A stretch of 38,161 bases of DNA from an uncultured Candidatus Saccharibacteria bacterium (GTDB taxonomy: Bacteria; Patescibacteriota; Saccharimonadia; Saccharimonadales; Saccharimonadaceae), in the NCBI GenBank assembly GCA_938030585.1, contig CALHIA010000092.1:1-38161 (forward strand), read 5' to 3'. The position numbers and the translations under genes were made by a program. The notes beneath the pieces were generated by a model that saw only the letters and a program-made list of their open reading frames with translations, was not told the DNA's origin and ran no database searches. The first letter of the stretch is position 1, and each line of letters opens with the position of its first letter. Positions 29,383 through 36,994 of the stretch are shown here, piece by piece.

Positions 29383-30702
29383 TTAGCGAAGTTTTTTACG
29401 GCTAGAAAGATAAAGACCAGCAGTTGTAACAATAGAACCAAGACCGAAGGCAGAGCTAATTACGGTTTCAGGACCGGTTTTTGGCATTTCCTTTGGAAGT
29501 TCTTGTTTTGGTTTTTCTGGGTTTGGAGTAACTGGAGTTACTGGTTTTTCTGGGGTATTTTCACAGGTTTTCTTAACGTAAACATCTGCGCTACCTTGAA
29601 CAGCAAAACCATTAGCCGAAGCCTTAGCCCAGTTAATCAAACGGTTATTACCACAAATAAGATTTTCATCGACAACCTTAGCAGTGAAACGGACATAACC
29701 ATCACCATTAATATTGTAGCCACCAATATTCAAACCACCATTAATAACGGTGTTGGAATCAGTAGTTAGACCATCTTTGTGTTTTGAGGTAAATAATTTA
29801 GTAGTACCATTAACATATTGCATGTTCTTTGGCAAAGAGTCGCTTACCACAACATCCTTAACGGCAGAAGCGTTAAGGTTCTTGTAGTGAATTTGATATT
29901 CGACAGAGTCACCAACCTTGGCATCAACGGAAGTTTTCCATTCCTTATCGCCAAGCATACGAACCTTCTTAGTAATAGAGGTGTTTTCGAAAACTGGTTT
30001 AACCTTAATAGTGACATAACCAGCATAGTTGTAACAACCAGGGAGGTTACCATCTAATTTATCATAACCAACTTTCACACCACCATTTACGATAGAGTCA
30101 GATAAGGTAGTACCATTCTTAAAAATGTTATTTTCAAAGGTAGCAGAACCTTCAACATAGTCAAGGTAGAAAGCACGACCATCGGCGCTCTTAAGATTCA
30201 AAGAATCCCAGTAACGAGATGGAGTTGCATTCGAGGCATTAATGAAGCCAGAAATACGAGCAGTCTTAGAAACCACAGTTGGTAAAGAAATTTCAGTGGT
30301 GACATCTTTAGCTACAGCGTTAACACCCTTAGGGTTATTGTTGTGAACATAGAGACGAACTACGTAAGTTTTACCTTCTTCAACGTTAACATCACCGATG
30401 TTCCAAACGTTGTTTTTGCCATTGTTGCCAGTAGCTTCGTCGCGAATACCCAAGAAGCTGCGTTCATCGTTTAATGGCATAATGACACCGGCCTCTTTTT
30501 CCTTAGCGGAGATAGAAGAACCGTCGTCCTTGATAGAGTTCATGACGATCTTGTCGCCAAGTTTACCAGCGTTAATGTCAGCGATAGTGTAAGTAGCGCG
30601 ACCGCCAGCGTTATCACCCCAACCAGATACAGTTGCAACAGTAGCAAGACCAGCAACAGTCACGGTAGCAGCGATGGATGCAAATTTGAATGCTTTTTTC
30701 AT
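29383..30702 (-). CDS. Secreted surface protein with DUF11-like Ig domains and LPxTG-like C-terminal anchor
   Basis: Start ATG 30702 (AAGGAG RBS), signal peptide, ITKKVR...VGDSVEYQIHYKN...VVVSDSLP DUF11-like pattern, Pro-rich stalk, MPKTG plus hydrophobic stretch plus RKKLR. Confidence 0.85.
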   Translation of the reverse strand: MKKAFKFASIAATVTVAGLATVATVSGWGDNAGGRATYTIADINAGKLGDKIVMNSIKDDGSSISAKEKEAGVIMPLNDERSFLGIRDEATGNNGKNNVWNIGDVNVEEGKTYVVRLYVHNNNPKGVNAVAKDVTTEISLPTVVSKTARISGFINASNATPSRYWDSLNLKSADGRAFYLDYVEGSATFENNIFKNGTTLSDSIVNGGVKVGYDKLDGNLPGCYNYAGYVTIKVKPVFENTSITKKVRMLGDKEWKTSVDAKVGDSVEYQIHYKNLNASAVKDVVVSDSLPKNMQYVNGTTKLFTSKHKDGLTTDSNTVINGGLNIGGYNINGDGYVRFTAKVVDENLICGNNRLINWAKASANGFAVQGSADVYVKKTCENTPEKPVTPVTPNPEKPKQELPKEMPKTGPETVISSAFGLGSIVTTAGLYLSSRKKLR

Positions 30703-30763
30703 AAAAGCTCCTTTCAATTAAATTGTTCCTGTTATAAAATTTTGTTTTCGATTTGACTACACG

Positions 30764-30907
30764 AATCTAAATCTTTTTCTTCTAGCCAAATTGTTAATTT
30801 TCGTCTATGCCACTGAAATCGAATCGTCTCAAGAGTAAACATGAATTACCCGGCGGCCTGAGCCGCCAGGGTAATTAAGGTACAACATAGATGTAGATAA
30901 GTTGTAC
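30764..30907 (-). repeat. Downstream arm of long-range nested inverted repeats, with local hairpins
   Basis: 30810-30831 is a 19/22 inverted match to 33734-33755. 30887-30906 matches 33687-33704 (18 nt with a 2-nt gap). GC-rich hairpin at 30844-30876. Confidence 0.85.
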
Positions 30908-30916
30908 TGAAGTTCA

Positions 30917-32263
30917 TTACTGGACTTCGTCTAGGACGTCATTACCTTCGGCAATGTCGTCAACCTTAACTCCGTTTTTGTCTCTGTACTCAGCTGATTG
31001 CGGCTGAGTTTCTGTAGCGTAATCTTTTCGATTTTCATACGCTGCTTCAGATTCCTCGATACTTCTGCCCTGATCTCGAGTCGGAGTTTCCGGTTTTACT
31101 TTCTCCGGTCTCTCATGACCTCCATCCGTGCGAACCGCTGGGTCCGTAGGCTCGAAGGCATCAGTACCGACGGTAGCATTACCACCACCTATCTGAGCTC
31201 CGCCGTTATTAACGGGGTCCTGAGAAGGCTTCTTCTCAGGTTGACTCTCATGATGGTTATTTCCGCCACCGCCACCACCGCCACCTCTACGGCGACGTTC
31301 AGTACTTCTCTCAGTCTCTGACTCCTTGGTAGAAGACTCAGTAGAAGAGTCGGTAGACGTCTGAGTTGAAGACTCCTTGGTGCTAGACTCTGTTTGCTTT
31401 TGCTTCTTCTCGGTAATCTTCACCTTGATAAGCTCTGGACGCTTATCGTGTACGTTAATTCCAATCTTGAAGATCTCGGTGCCAGCTTTATTTACATAAG
31501 CTAGCACTAAGGCGTCACGAGTAAACTCGTAGTGCGCCTCGGTAAGCGTCGTGAGTTTGGCGGAATCAGTATTCGCCAAACTCAGTGGATAATGGTGATT
31601 TGTAGTCACCAATTGTACTCCTTGGTTGATAAGCCGATCTCTAAGCCACAATGTAGCTACGCCGAGCTTGAGCTGTCTATCGTTGATATACAGCTTTCCG
31701 CCCTCCTCTCGGAGATAGTTCTGACCACCAGTTCCGTCCTTCATGAATCTGTCATATTCAAGTTGTGCCTCATTTAACCAGGGGTTAATCTGAGGGAGAG
31801 TAGTTCCATCACTCAAGGTTATATTCGAGAATATTTTAATCCACGATTGAGTACATACATAATTTGTTAGAACTTCCTGGTTATCCTCTGTAATCATGAT
31901 AGCTACTTCGTCTTCGCTATACTTCTCGCCATCCTTCGTTCCGTGAGTCACGGAAAAAGGCGTGGATAGAGCGTCACTAAAGCCAGATTCTGCGACTCTT
32001 TCGGCTGCCTTATTTGGCATCGAATTGTCGCAGAACTCTCGACTGAGTTCTGGGTACGCTTTCGCGTACTCATAGTTATCGAAGTCGAATGTCAATTCTG
32101 ATTTCTCAGCTTCGACATCCTTTGCGGAAAGCGTTTCCGCCTCTGCATCGGCGTGATTTCTTTGACAAGATTTCACACCAACTGCTATAGGCAGTACCAC
32201 AAGTGTAACAGCTAAAATTCCGGCTAAAATCTTTTCGGTTTTGCCAAATCTAAACTTTTTCAT
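30917..32263 (-). CDS. Hypothetical exported/membrane-anchored protein with Ser/Thr-rich, poly-Gly and acidic tail
   Basis: Basic N-terminus, TM ending ...VKSC (possible lipobox), repeated TESSTKES, RRRRGGGGGGGG. GGAGG RBS. Confidence 0.85.
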   Translation of the reverse strand: MKKFRFGKTEKILAGILAVTLVVLPIAVGVKSCQRNHADAEAETLSAKDVEAEKSELTFDFDNYEYAKAYPELSREFCDNSMPNKAAERVAESGFSDALSTPFSVTHGTKDGEKYSEDEVAIMITEDNQEVLTNYVCTQSWIKIFSNITLSDGTTLPQINPWLNEAQLEYDRFMKDGTGGQNYLREEGGKLYINDRQLKLGVATLWLRDRLINQGVQLVTTNHHYPLSLANTDSAKLTTLTEAHYEFTRDALVLAYVNKAGTEIFKIGINVHDKRPELIKVKITEKKQKQTESSTKESSTQTSTDSSTESSTKESETERSTERRRRGGGGGGGGNNHHESQPEKKPSQDPVNNGGAQIGGGNATVGTDAFEPTDPAVRTDGGHERPEKVKPETPTRDQGRSIEESEAAYENRKDYATETQPQSAEYRDKNGVKVDDIAEGNDVLDEVQ

Positions 32264-32481
32264 TTTTTACCTCCTCTTGAGACTCCGTCCTCGATGTGGG
32301 AAATGCGGAGTCTAGTTAAAAACGTAACTACGAACACAATAATCATCATGCAACTTAGCACGATGCCTTCTGTGTTTAGGCTGTCGATTTCAATCTTAAG
32401 CGAGATTATTCCGAAGATAAATCCCACAAGTCTTAAAATCTGACAGTAATACTCCAATACCATCTCCTCGTTCATAGGCAT
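32260..32481 (-). CDS. Small two-TM hypothetical protein
   Basis: 73 aa, two hydrophobic helices, AGGAGG RBS, ATGA overlap with the next gene. Confidence 0.7.
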   Translation of the reverse strand: MPMNEEMVLEYYCQILRLVGFIFGIISLKIEIDSLNTEGIVLSCMMIIVFVVTFLTRLRISHIEDGVSRGGKK

Positions 32482-32487
32482 CTCCTC

Positions 32488-33633
32488 CTAAGCGAGAACT
32501 CGAACTATCACGCATACCATAAAGATAATTGCGACAGCAAAGGCGGCTCTTACAAGATTATTCGCTGTGAATAAATCCGGGAAGATCGTCTCGTCCTCAT
32601 AGTTGTCACCAAAGTCAACAGGATCAAGGATTTCTTCCTCTTCTTCCGTCTCTTCTGGCTCATCCTCAGAGTCTACTTTGGGGTCGACGGTTTTTGGACC
32701 TTGACTCAAAGCTTTCTCTTTTTGAGTAGCAGCTTCCTGAACAGTAGCGGTTCGATAACTATTAATAAGTTCATCAATAGCTATGAATTGATCCTCTGGG
32801 CTAGAGTCACTATTCAGCATATCCAGAATTTCCGACAACGTTTGCTGCTGGATTTCGTTCATGCTAGGGTTAGTGACTTTCTTGGGTTTATCCTCTGCGT
32901 CAGATTTCGGCGCAGAGGTGGTAGTCTGAGCTTCCTCAACCTGAGTGGTTGATTCTTCATCAGTCTGAGTGTTTTTCGGCGGATTTGACTCGGCCTTTTT
33001 ATCCTCAGTTACTGACTTTTGCTCAGTGGTTCCACTTTTGGTTCCTTGGACTACGCTACGAAGTTTTTCATTGTCTTGCTGAAGCTTATTTTGCTGATTC
33101 TGCATGCGCTCAATTTGCTCACGCAGCTTAGCATTTTCGACTTCAGCCTTACTTTTCTTTTTGGCTCTTAACTTAGGGCCGCCAAGATAAGTAAAAGTAA
33201 CTACAACAATCGCAGCTAACCAGGAAAGGAAAGTTACCATTGCAAAATCCATGATATTTAAAATATCATGTTTCATCTGAAAGTAGCTAAAAAGCTGCCA
33301 CCAAACCGGTGTAATTCCGACAAATAGCGCCACAATACAAACCAGTTTCACCTTACGGTAATTCAACTTCCGAAATTCCAGAAGGCTATACACCGCAATC
33401 GCTGCTAACTCGACTACAAAAATCACTGCAGTAAGTTGTGGTTGCAGTTTTGGAAACGCTAGGTTCCCGAAAATTGGTAGTGCCAGCAAGCCTAAACTTG
33501 CTAAACAACCCTTCAGGAGACCTTTTTCAATCGCCGAGAACTCTTGATTAGACTTGGTTTTTCGAGCACATATGGCATAAAGAATGACATATGTAACGAC
33601 AACAATCATAGCTGAAATTAGACAATAACTCAT
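32488..33633 (-). CDS. Hypothetical multi-pass membrane protein (about 5 TM, coiled coil, acidic linker, C-terminal TM)
   Basis: Start moved to ATG 33633 (GAGGAGG RBS), giving 381 aa. Confidence 0.85.
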   Translation of the reverse strand: MSYCLISAMIVVVTYVILYAICARKTKSNQEFSAIEKGLLKGCLASLGLLALPIFGNLAFPKLQPQLTAVIFVVELAAIAVYSLLEFRKLNYRKVKLVCIVALFVGITPVWWQLFSYFQMKHDILNIMDFAMVTFLSWLAAIVVVTFTYLGGPKLRAKKKSKAEVENAKLREQIERMQNQQNKLQQDNEKLRSVVQGTKSGTTEQKSVTEDKKAESNPPKNTQTDEESTTQVEEAQTTTSAPKSDAEDKPKKVTNPSMNEIQQQTLSEILDMLNSDSSPEDQFIAIDELINSYRTATVQEAATQKEKALSQGPKTVDPKVDSEDEPEETEEEEEILDPVDFGDNYEDETIFPDLFTANNLVRAAFAVAIIFMVCVIVRVLA

Positions 33634-33686
33634 TTTGATTCCCTCCTCTGTTGCGCTCGATTTCTTCGAGGCAAAAAAATGTTTCA

Positions 33687-33795
33687 TACAACATCTACAT
33701 CTATAATAAACAGGCGTGAAATTATTTTACGCCTGAGATGATTCGATTTTAATGGACGTCTTGGTAATTCAAGCGGTTAAGCCAGATTACAGACT
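33687..33795 (-). repeat. Upstream arm (5' leader) of long-range nested inverted repeats
   Basis: Complementary in nested blocks to 30764-30906. Local hairpin caggcgt/acgcctg at 33711-33735. Confidence 0.85.
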
Positions 33796-33801
33796 GAGGT
33801 G

Positions 33802-33830
33802 ATTATACTATAAATGGTTGAAAATGTCAA
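33802..33830 (-). promoter_or_regulatory. Perfect-consensus sigma70 promoter
   Basis: Minus strand TTGACA-ttttcaaccatttatag(17)-TATAAT. Predicted +1 is about A33795. Confidence 0.9.
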
Positions 33831-34007
33831 TGGTTATATCACAAGCATTAGCGTTTTCAGAGTGTTAGTTTCAATAGTTATAAAATAATCATAAGTGTTT
33901 TAGATTTTTTAAAAGCAAGTACTGGTGATTTCGTGGAGCTAAAAGAGTGGTTTTACGGTGAGTAGATGGGGGTAAAATTTGCTATAATGGAAGAAAATGG
34001 AGGCAGA

Positions 34008-34544
34008 ATGGGCGGTATAATTGGCAGCTACGGACAAAGTGACCTGATGCGGGGGAATTCCGGTAAACAACAAGAGGCAGGTGACCTATACCAGAGGTCG
34101 CGCGGACAAAATGGGATGGAAGGCAGCTTCGATGTTCGTGGTGGCAGTTCGGAGCCTAACCAGAATAATGGCTTTGGCCGGGTGAATGACCAAGAGACTA
34201 ATCATGGTTATGGTTATGTGAAAAACTCAGAGGAATTGAAGCGTGGTTATGGCGTGGTGGGAGAGCAAGAAAAAGCTCGTGGTTATGGTGTACTAAGTAG
34301 TGGAGGCGAAAGGCGCGGATATGGCGTGACGCCAGGTGACGGATATAAGCGTGGGTATGGAAGGCTTGGCGGAGTAGCTGGTTCTAGTGGTGGAGTATCT
34401 GGTGTGCGACGTGCCCCGAGTGAAACCATGCAACGCGACAAGATGATGGGAATGGGCGGCGGACCTGCAAGTGGCGCTGGTTTTTCTGGTGGTAGTAAAT
34501 CTTCCGGTGGAAATATTAGGCCAGTGATTAAGCCGAATTTCTGA
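34008..34544 (+). CDS. Gly-rich low-complexity hypothetical protein with RGYG repeats
   Basis: Start moved to ATG 34008 (GGAGG RBS; TGCTATAAT at 33980-33988). Six G[YF]G motifs. Confidence 0.7.
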   Translation: MGGIIGSYGQSDLMRGNSGKQQEAGDLYQRSRGQNGMEGSFDVRGGSSEPNQNNGFGRVNDQETNHGYGYVKNSEELKRGYGVVGEQEKARGYGVLSSGGERRGYGVTPGDGYKRGYGRLGGVAGSSGGVSGVRRAPSETMQRDKMMGMGGGPASGAGFSGGSKSSGGNIRPVIKPNF

Positions 34545-34632
34545 TTATAGATTAATTTTTAATAATCTATAATTGAAAAAAATAGCTGAGTTTGCTACAA
34601 TCTAGGAAGCGTACAGCGCATTTTGAAAATTT

Positions 34633-34710
34633 GGTGGGTGTAGCTCAGTCGGTTAGAGCGTCTGATTGTGGTCCAGAAGGTCGTCGGTTCAATTCCGATC
34701 ACCCACCCCA
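34633..34710 (+). tRNA. tRNA-His (GTG) with encoded G-1
   Basis: G-GTGGGTG/CACCCAC-C-CCA, TAGCTCAGTCGGTTAGAGC D arm, TT-GTG-GT anticodon loop, GGTTCAATTCC. Confidence 0.96.
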
Positions 34711-34713
34711 TTA

Positions 34714-34788
34714 GCGAGTGTAGTACAGCGGTTAGTATACAAGTTTTCCAAACTTGGGATGAGAGTTCGATTCTCTCCACTCGCACCA
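34714..34788 (+). tRNA. tRNA-Gly (TCC)
   Basis: GCGAGTG/CACTCGC acceptor stem, CAAGT-TTTCCAA-ACTTG anticodon arm, GAGAG-TTCGATT-CTCTC T arm, ACCA end. Confidence 0.96.
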
Positions 34789-34792
34789 AATT

Positions 34793-34826
34793 AAAAAATA
34801 AGAACGTTTACGTTCTTTATTTTTTT
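34793..34826. terminator. Intrinsic terminator after the tRNAs
   Basis: aaaaaataagaacg-ttta-cgttctttattttttt. Confidence 0.75.
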
Positions 34827-35367
34827 AATTGCCTGTACGAGAAAATTTGCGAAACAAAGTTACTCGCACCAGGTTATAAAAAAGAAGAGCATTTGTGCTC
34901 TTATTTTTTGTTCCAGTTATCTGTAAAATTTGGTGGTAATGCTGGTGACCTACCTCGTCATCCCAAACTCGAAGGACTTCACAGGATTCAGGGTGCAAAC
35001 TAGTGTCCTTAAATAGTTCTTTGATAGATTCTTTTGTATAGGTTTTCTTCGCTATTTCATCGGATTCATCAAAAGTGTGGAGAAAGAACTTTCCGCCTTT
35101 TTTGAGATTAAGCTCGATTGTCTTGATTAAAGATTCTGGAGTCTTGAGCTTTTGAATTACGTAATTGGAATAGACGAGGTCATATGGCGCGTTCGGTGAT
35201 AAATAAACTTCATTGAGATCTGTTCCAGTTATAATATCAGCACCATCACATTCCCATCCCATATTTTTAAGACCTTCAACGTCGATTCCGTCACCGCAGC
35301 CCAAATCTAGAGCCTTGCCGCTTTTAGAAAAATACTCAGTTACAAACTGTTTTAATTCTGGGTTCAT
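34825..35367 (-). CDS. Class I SAM-dependent methyltransferase (small)
   Basis: ALDLGCGDG, YDLVYSNYVI and LKKGG motifs. Start moved to ATG 35367 (TACAAT 6 nt upstream). Confidence 0.85.
   Translation of the reverse strand: MNPELKQFVTEYFSKSGKALDLGCGDGIDVEGLKNMGWECDGADIITGTDLNEVYLSPNAPYDLVYSNYVIQKLKTPESLIKTIELNLKKGGKFFLHTFDESDEIAKKTYTKESIKELFKDTSLHPESCEVLRVWDDEVGHQHYHQILQITGTKNKSTNALLFYNLVRVTLFRKFSRTGN
34862..34909 (+). repeat. Duplicate of the tRNA-Gly 3' end followed by a second terminator-like hairpin
   Basis: actcgcacca at 34779-34788 and again at 34862-34871, then aagagca-ttt-gtgctctt-atttttt. Confidence 0.65.
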
Positions 35368-35473
35368 ATTGCTATTGTATAACAAAAACTTAGAAGTCAC
35401 GGAAATTACTATTATTGCAGAATACAATAATATAGTTACCCTGAGAAAATTATCGGTAAATAGATATTTTACA

Positions 35474-36970
35474 TTACTGGAAGAAGGCGAAATAGACGAT
35501 GGCGCCAACTAGTGCCCCGAAGATACTCATAGCGATAAGCGCAAAAACTAGTGAAAGATTGGTCTTGCGCATGGAAGGATCGTCGATAATGACGGCCTGC
35601 TGCTTGGCTTTGGTCTTTTCGGATTTATTTTTTGCGTAAATAGTTTTGCGAGAATTATTTTCCTCTTCGAAAGTATAATCCTTAATCTTGGAGCCTGGGC
35701 CGAGGAGTTCAGAAGCAAAATCAGAGGAGGTAAAATTCTCTTGCCCATTAGCAAGTGGACGTTTTTGCACCTTGTCAGTATTGATGAATGGACTGCGGCC
35801 ACCAAGGACATAGTTGGAATTATTATTCGCAATGTCGGACTCAGCATAAAGCGAAGCAGGTTTCGGTTTCTCATTATCTGAAAAAGAATATGGTGAACGA
35901 GCGGGAGCAACCGTAGCCATAGGCTCAAATCGTTCAGTCTGGTCATCCGAAGCAAAGGCGGAATCGATAGAATCCGGTGTGAGCGCGCTTCCCTGATTTT
36001 TAGGCAGAGTAGAAATAGCATTCGAACGGCTGGCGGTCGGATAATACATAGTAGCCGATGGATTACTAGAGGTAGGGGCGGATTTTTCGCCATGAAGCTG
36101 GTCACTATCGACAGAATCAAAGAGAGCTTCGAGATCCTCTATTTCATCATAATTGTCATAATTTTGCAAGGCATCACGCACACTTGAGGAAACAAGGGTG
36201 GTCGGAACCAGAGCTTTGGCTGGATGAGCCGATTGGGCTTCGGAGTTTATTTCGGATTCAACTTTTTTAACTGGACGAATGTGACCAAAGAGGGTGCGAC
36301 TCGGGCTAGCGGTAATTTGGATACGGGAAACTGGCGAAGGGGCCTTAAATTTCGAGGCGGCGGAAGCGACTGAGATTGCGGTAGGAGCTGGCTTCATTTT
36401 TGGAGCTAAGCTAGCGCTACCAACCGGAATTCGGCCGGTTGCACGTGGCAATTCGCCGACCTTGCGCTTGGCAAGTTCTTCCTTGGCGCGTTGTTTTTCG
36501 TATTCATAGCGTCTTTGCTTGGCCTGATTTTCTCGTTCAATAGCCTGGCGTCGCAAAAGCGCCTCTTGTTCAGCCTGTTTTTTAGCGATAGCCTGCTGTT
36601 TTTCTTCGATTTCACGCTGTAATCTAAGTTCGCGATTGCGCAAAGATTCTTCAGCCTGAGAGCGAGCTAATTCTTGCTTCGCGGCCTCGATGCGGCGACG
36701 ATTATAGTCCATAGTTTGATTTTGGAGTTCAATCTGGCGCTGAATTTCTTCACGGCGTTCACGTTCTTTTTTCGCCTGCTTTTTACGTTCTAGTTCACGT
36801 TCAGAAAGTGAATAAGTATAAGCCGGGGTGAGAGTACGAGTGCGAGAAGGACTAGCGATGGCGGAATTCTTGGTACCAGAAATAGTGCCAGCAGTTTTGC
36901 GGACAGGAGAAAAATCCATCATGCGACCTTTGGCAGTAGTATTTTGGGTGTTTTTTCCTTGCATATTCAT
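35474..36970 (-). CDS. Hypothetical protein with long coiled coil, disordered region and C-terminal TM anchor
   Basis: E/R/Q/K-rich helical segment, S/P/A-rich region, terminal hydrophobic helix. Confidence 0.8.
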   Translation of the reverse strand: MNMQGKNTQNTTAKGRMMDFSPVRKTAGTISGTKNSAIASPSRTRTLTPAYTYSLSERELERKKQAKKERERREEIQRQIELQNQTMDYNRRRIEAAKQELARSQAEESLRNRELRLQREIEEKQQAIAKKQAEQEALLRRQAIERENQAKQRRYEYEKQRAKEELAKRKVGELPRATGRIPVGSASLAPKMKPAPTAISVASAASKFKAPSPVSRIQITASPSRTLFGHIRPVKKVESEINSEAQSAHPAKALVPTTLVSSSVRDALQNYDNYDEIEDLEALFDSVDSDQLHGEKSAPTSSNPSATMYYPTASRSNAISTLPKNQGSALTPDSIDSAFASDDQTERFEPMATVAPARSPYSFSDNEKPKPASLYAESDIANNNSNYVLGGRSPFINTDKVQKRPLANGQENFTSSDFASELLGPGSKIKDYTFEEENNSRKTIYAKNKSEKTKAKQQAVIIDDPSMRKTNLSLVFALIAMSIFGALVGAIVYFAFFQ

Positions 36971-36994
36971 GTTTAATTATACTCGATTTTCCGA

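Noticed and set aside
30844..30876. GC-rich hairpin as a simple intrinsic terminator
   Set aside because: No U-tract on either strand, and it sits between the long-range pairing blocks. Partial termination is not excluded.
29281..33824. Insertion sequence or transposon bounded by the 14-bp inverted repeat
   Set aside because: No transposase ORF and no target-site duplication.
29200..33830. Group I or group II intron, retron or DGR explanation for the structured spacers
   Set aside because: No convincing P7 R/S elements, no domain V AGC/CGC triad, no RT, maturase or homing endonuclease ORF, and no TR/VR pair is visible.
34661..34677. A-C mismatch at the base of the tRNA-His anticodon stem
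   Set aside because: A single non-canonical pair with all other identity elements intact is not enough to call a pseudogene or editing.
34595..35003. ORFs 34595-34789 and 34668-35003 (and likewise 24475-24687 and 24653-24919)
   Set aside because: They overlap tRNA genes, so they are spurious translations.
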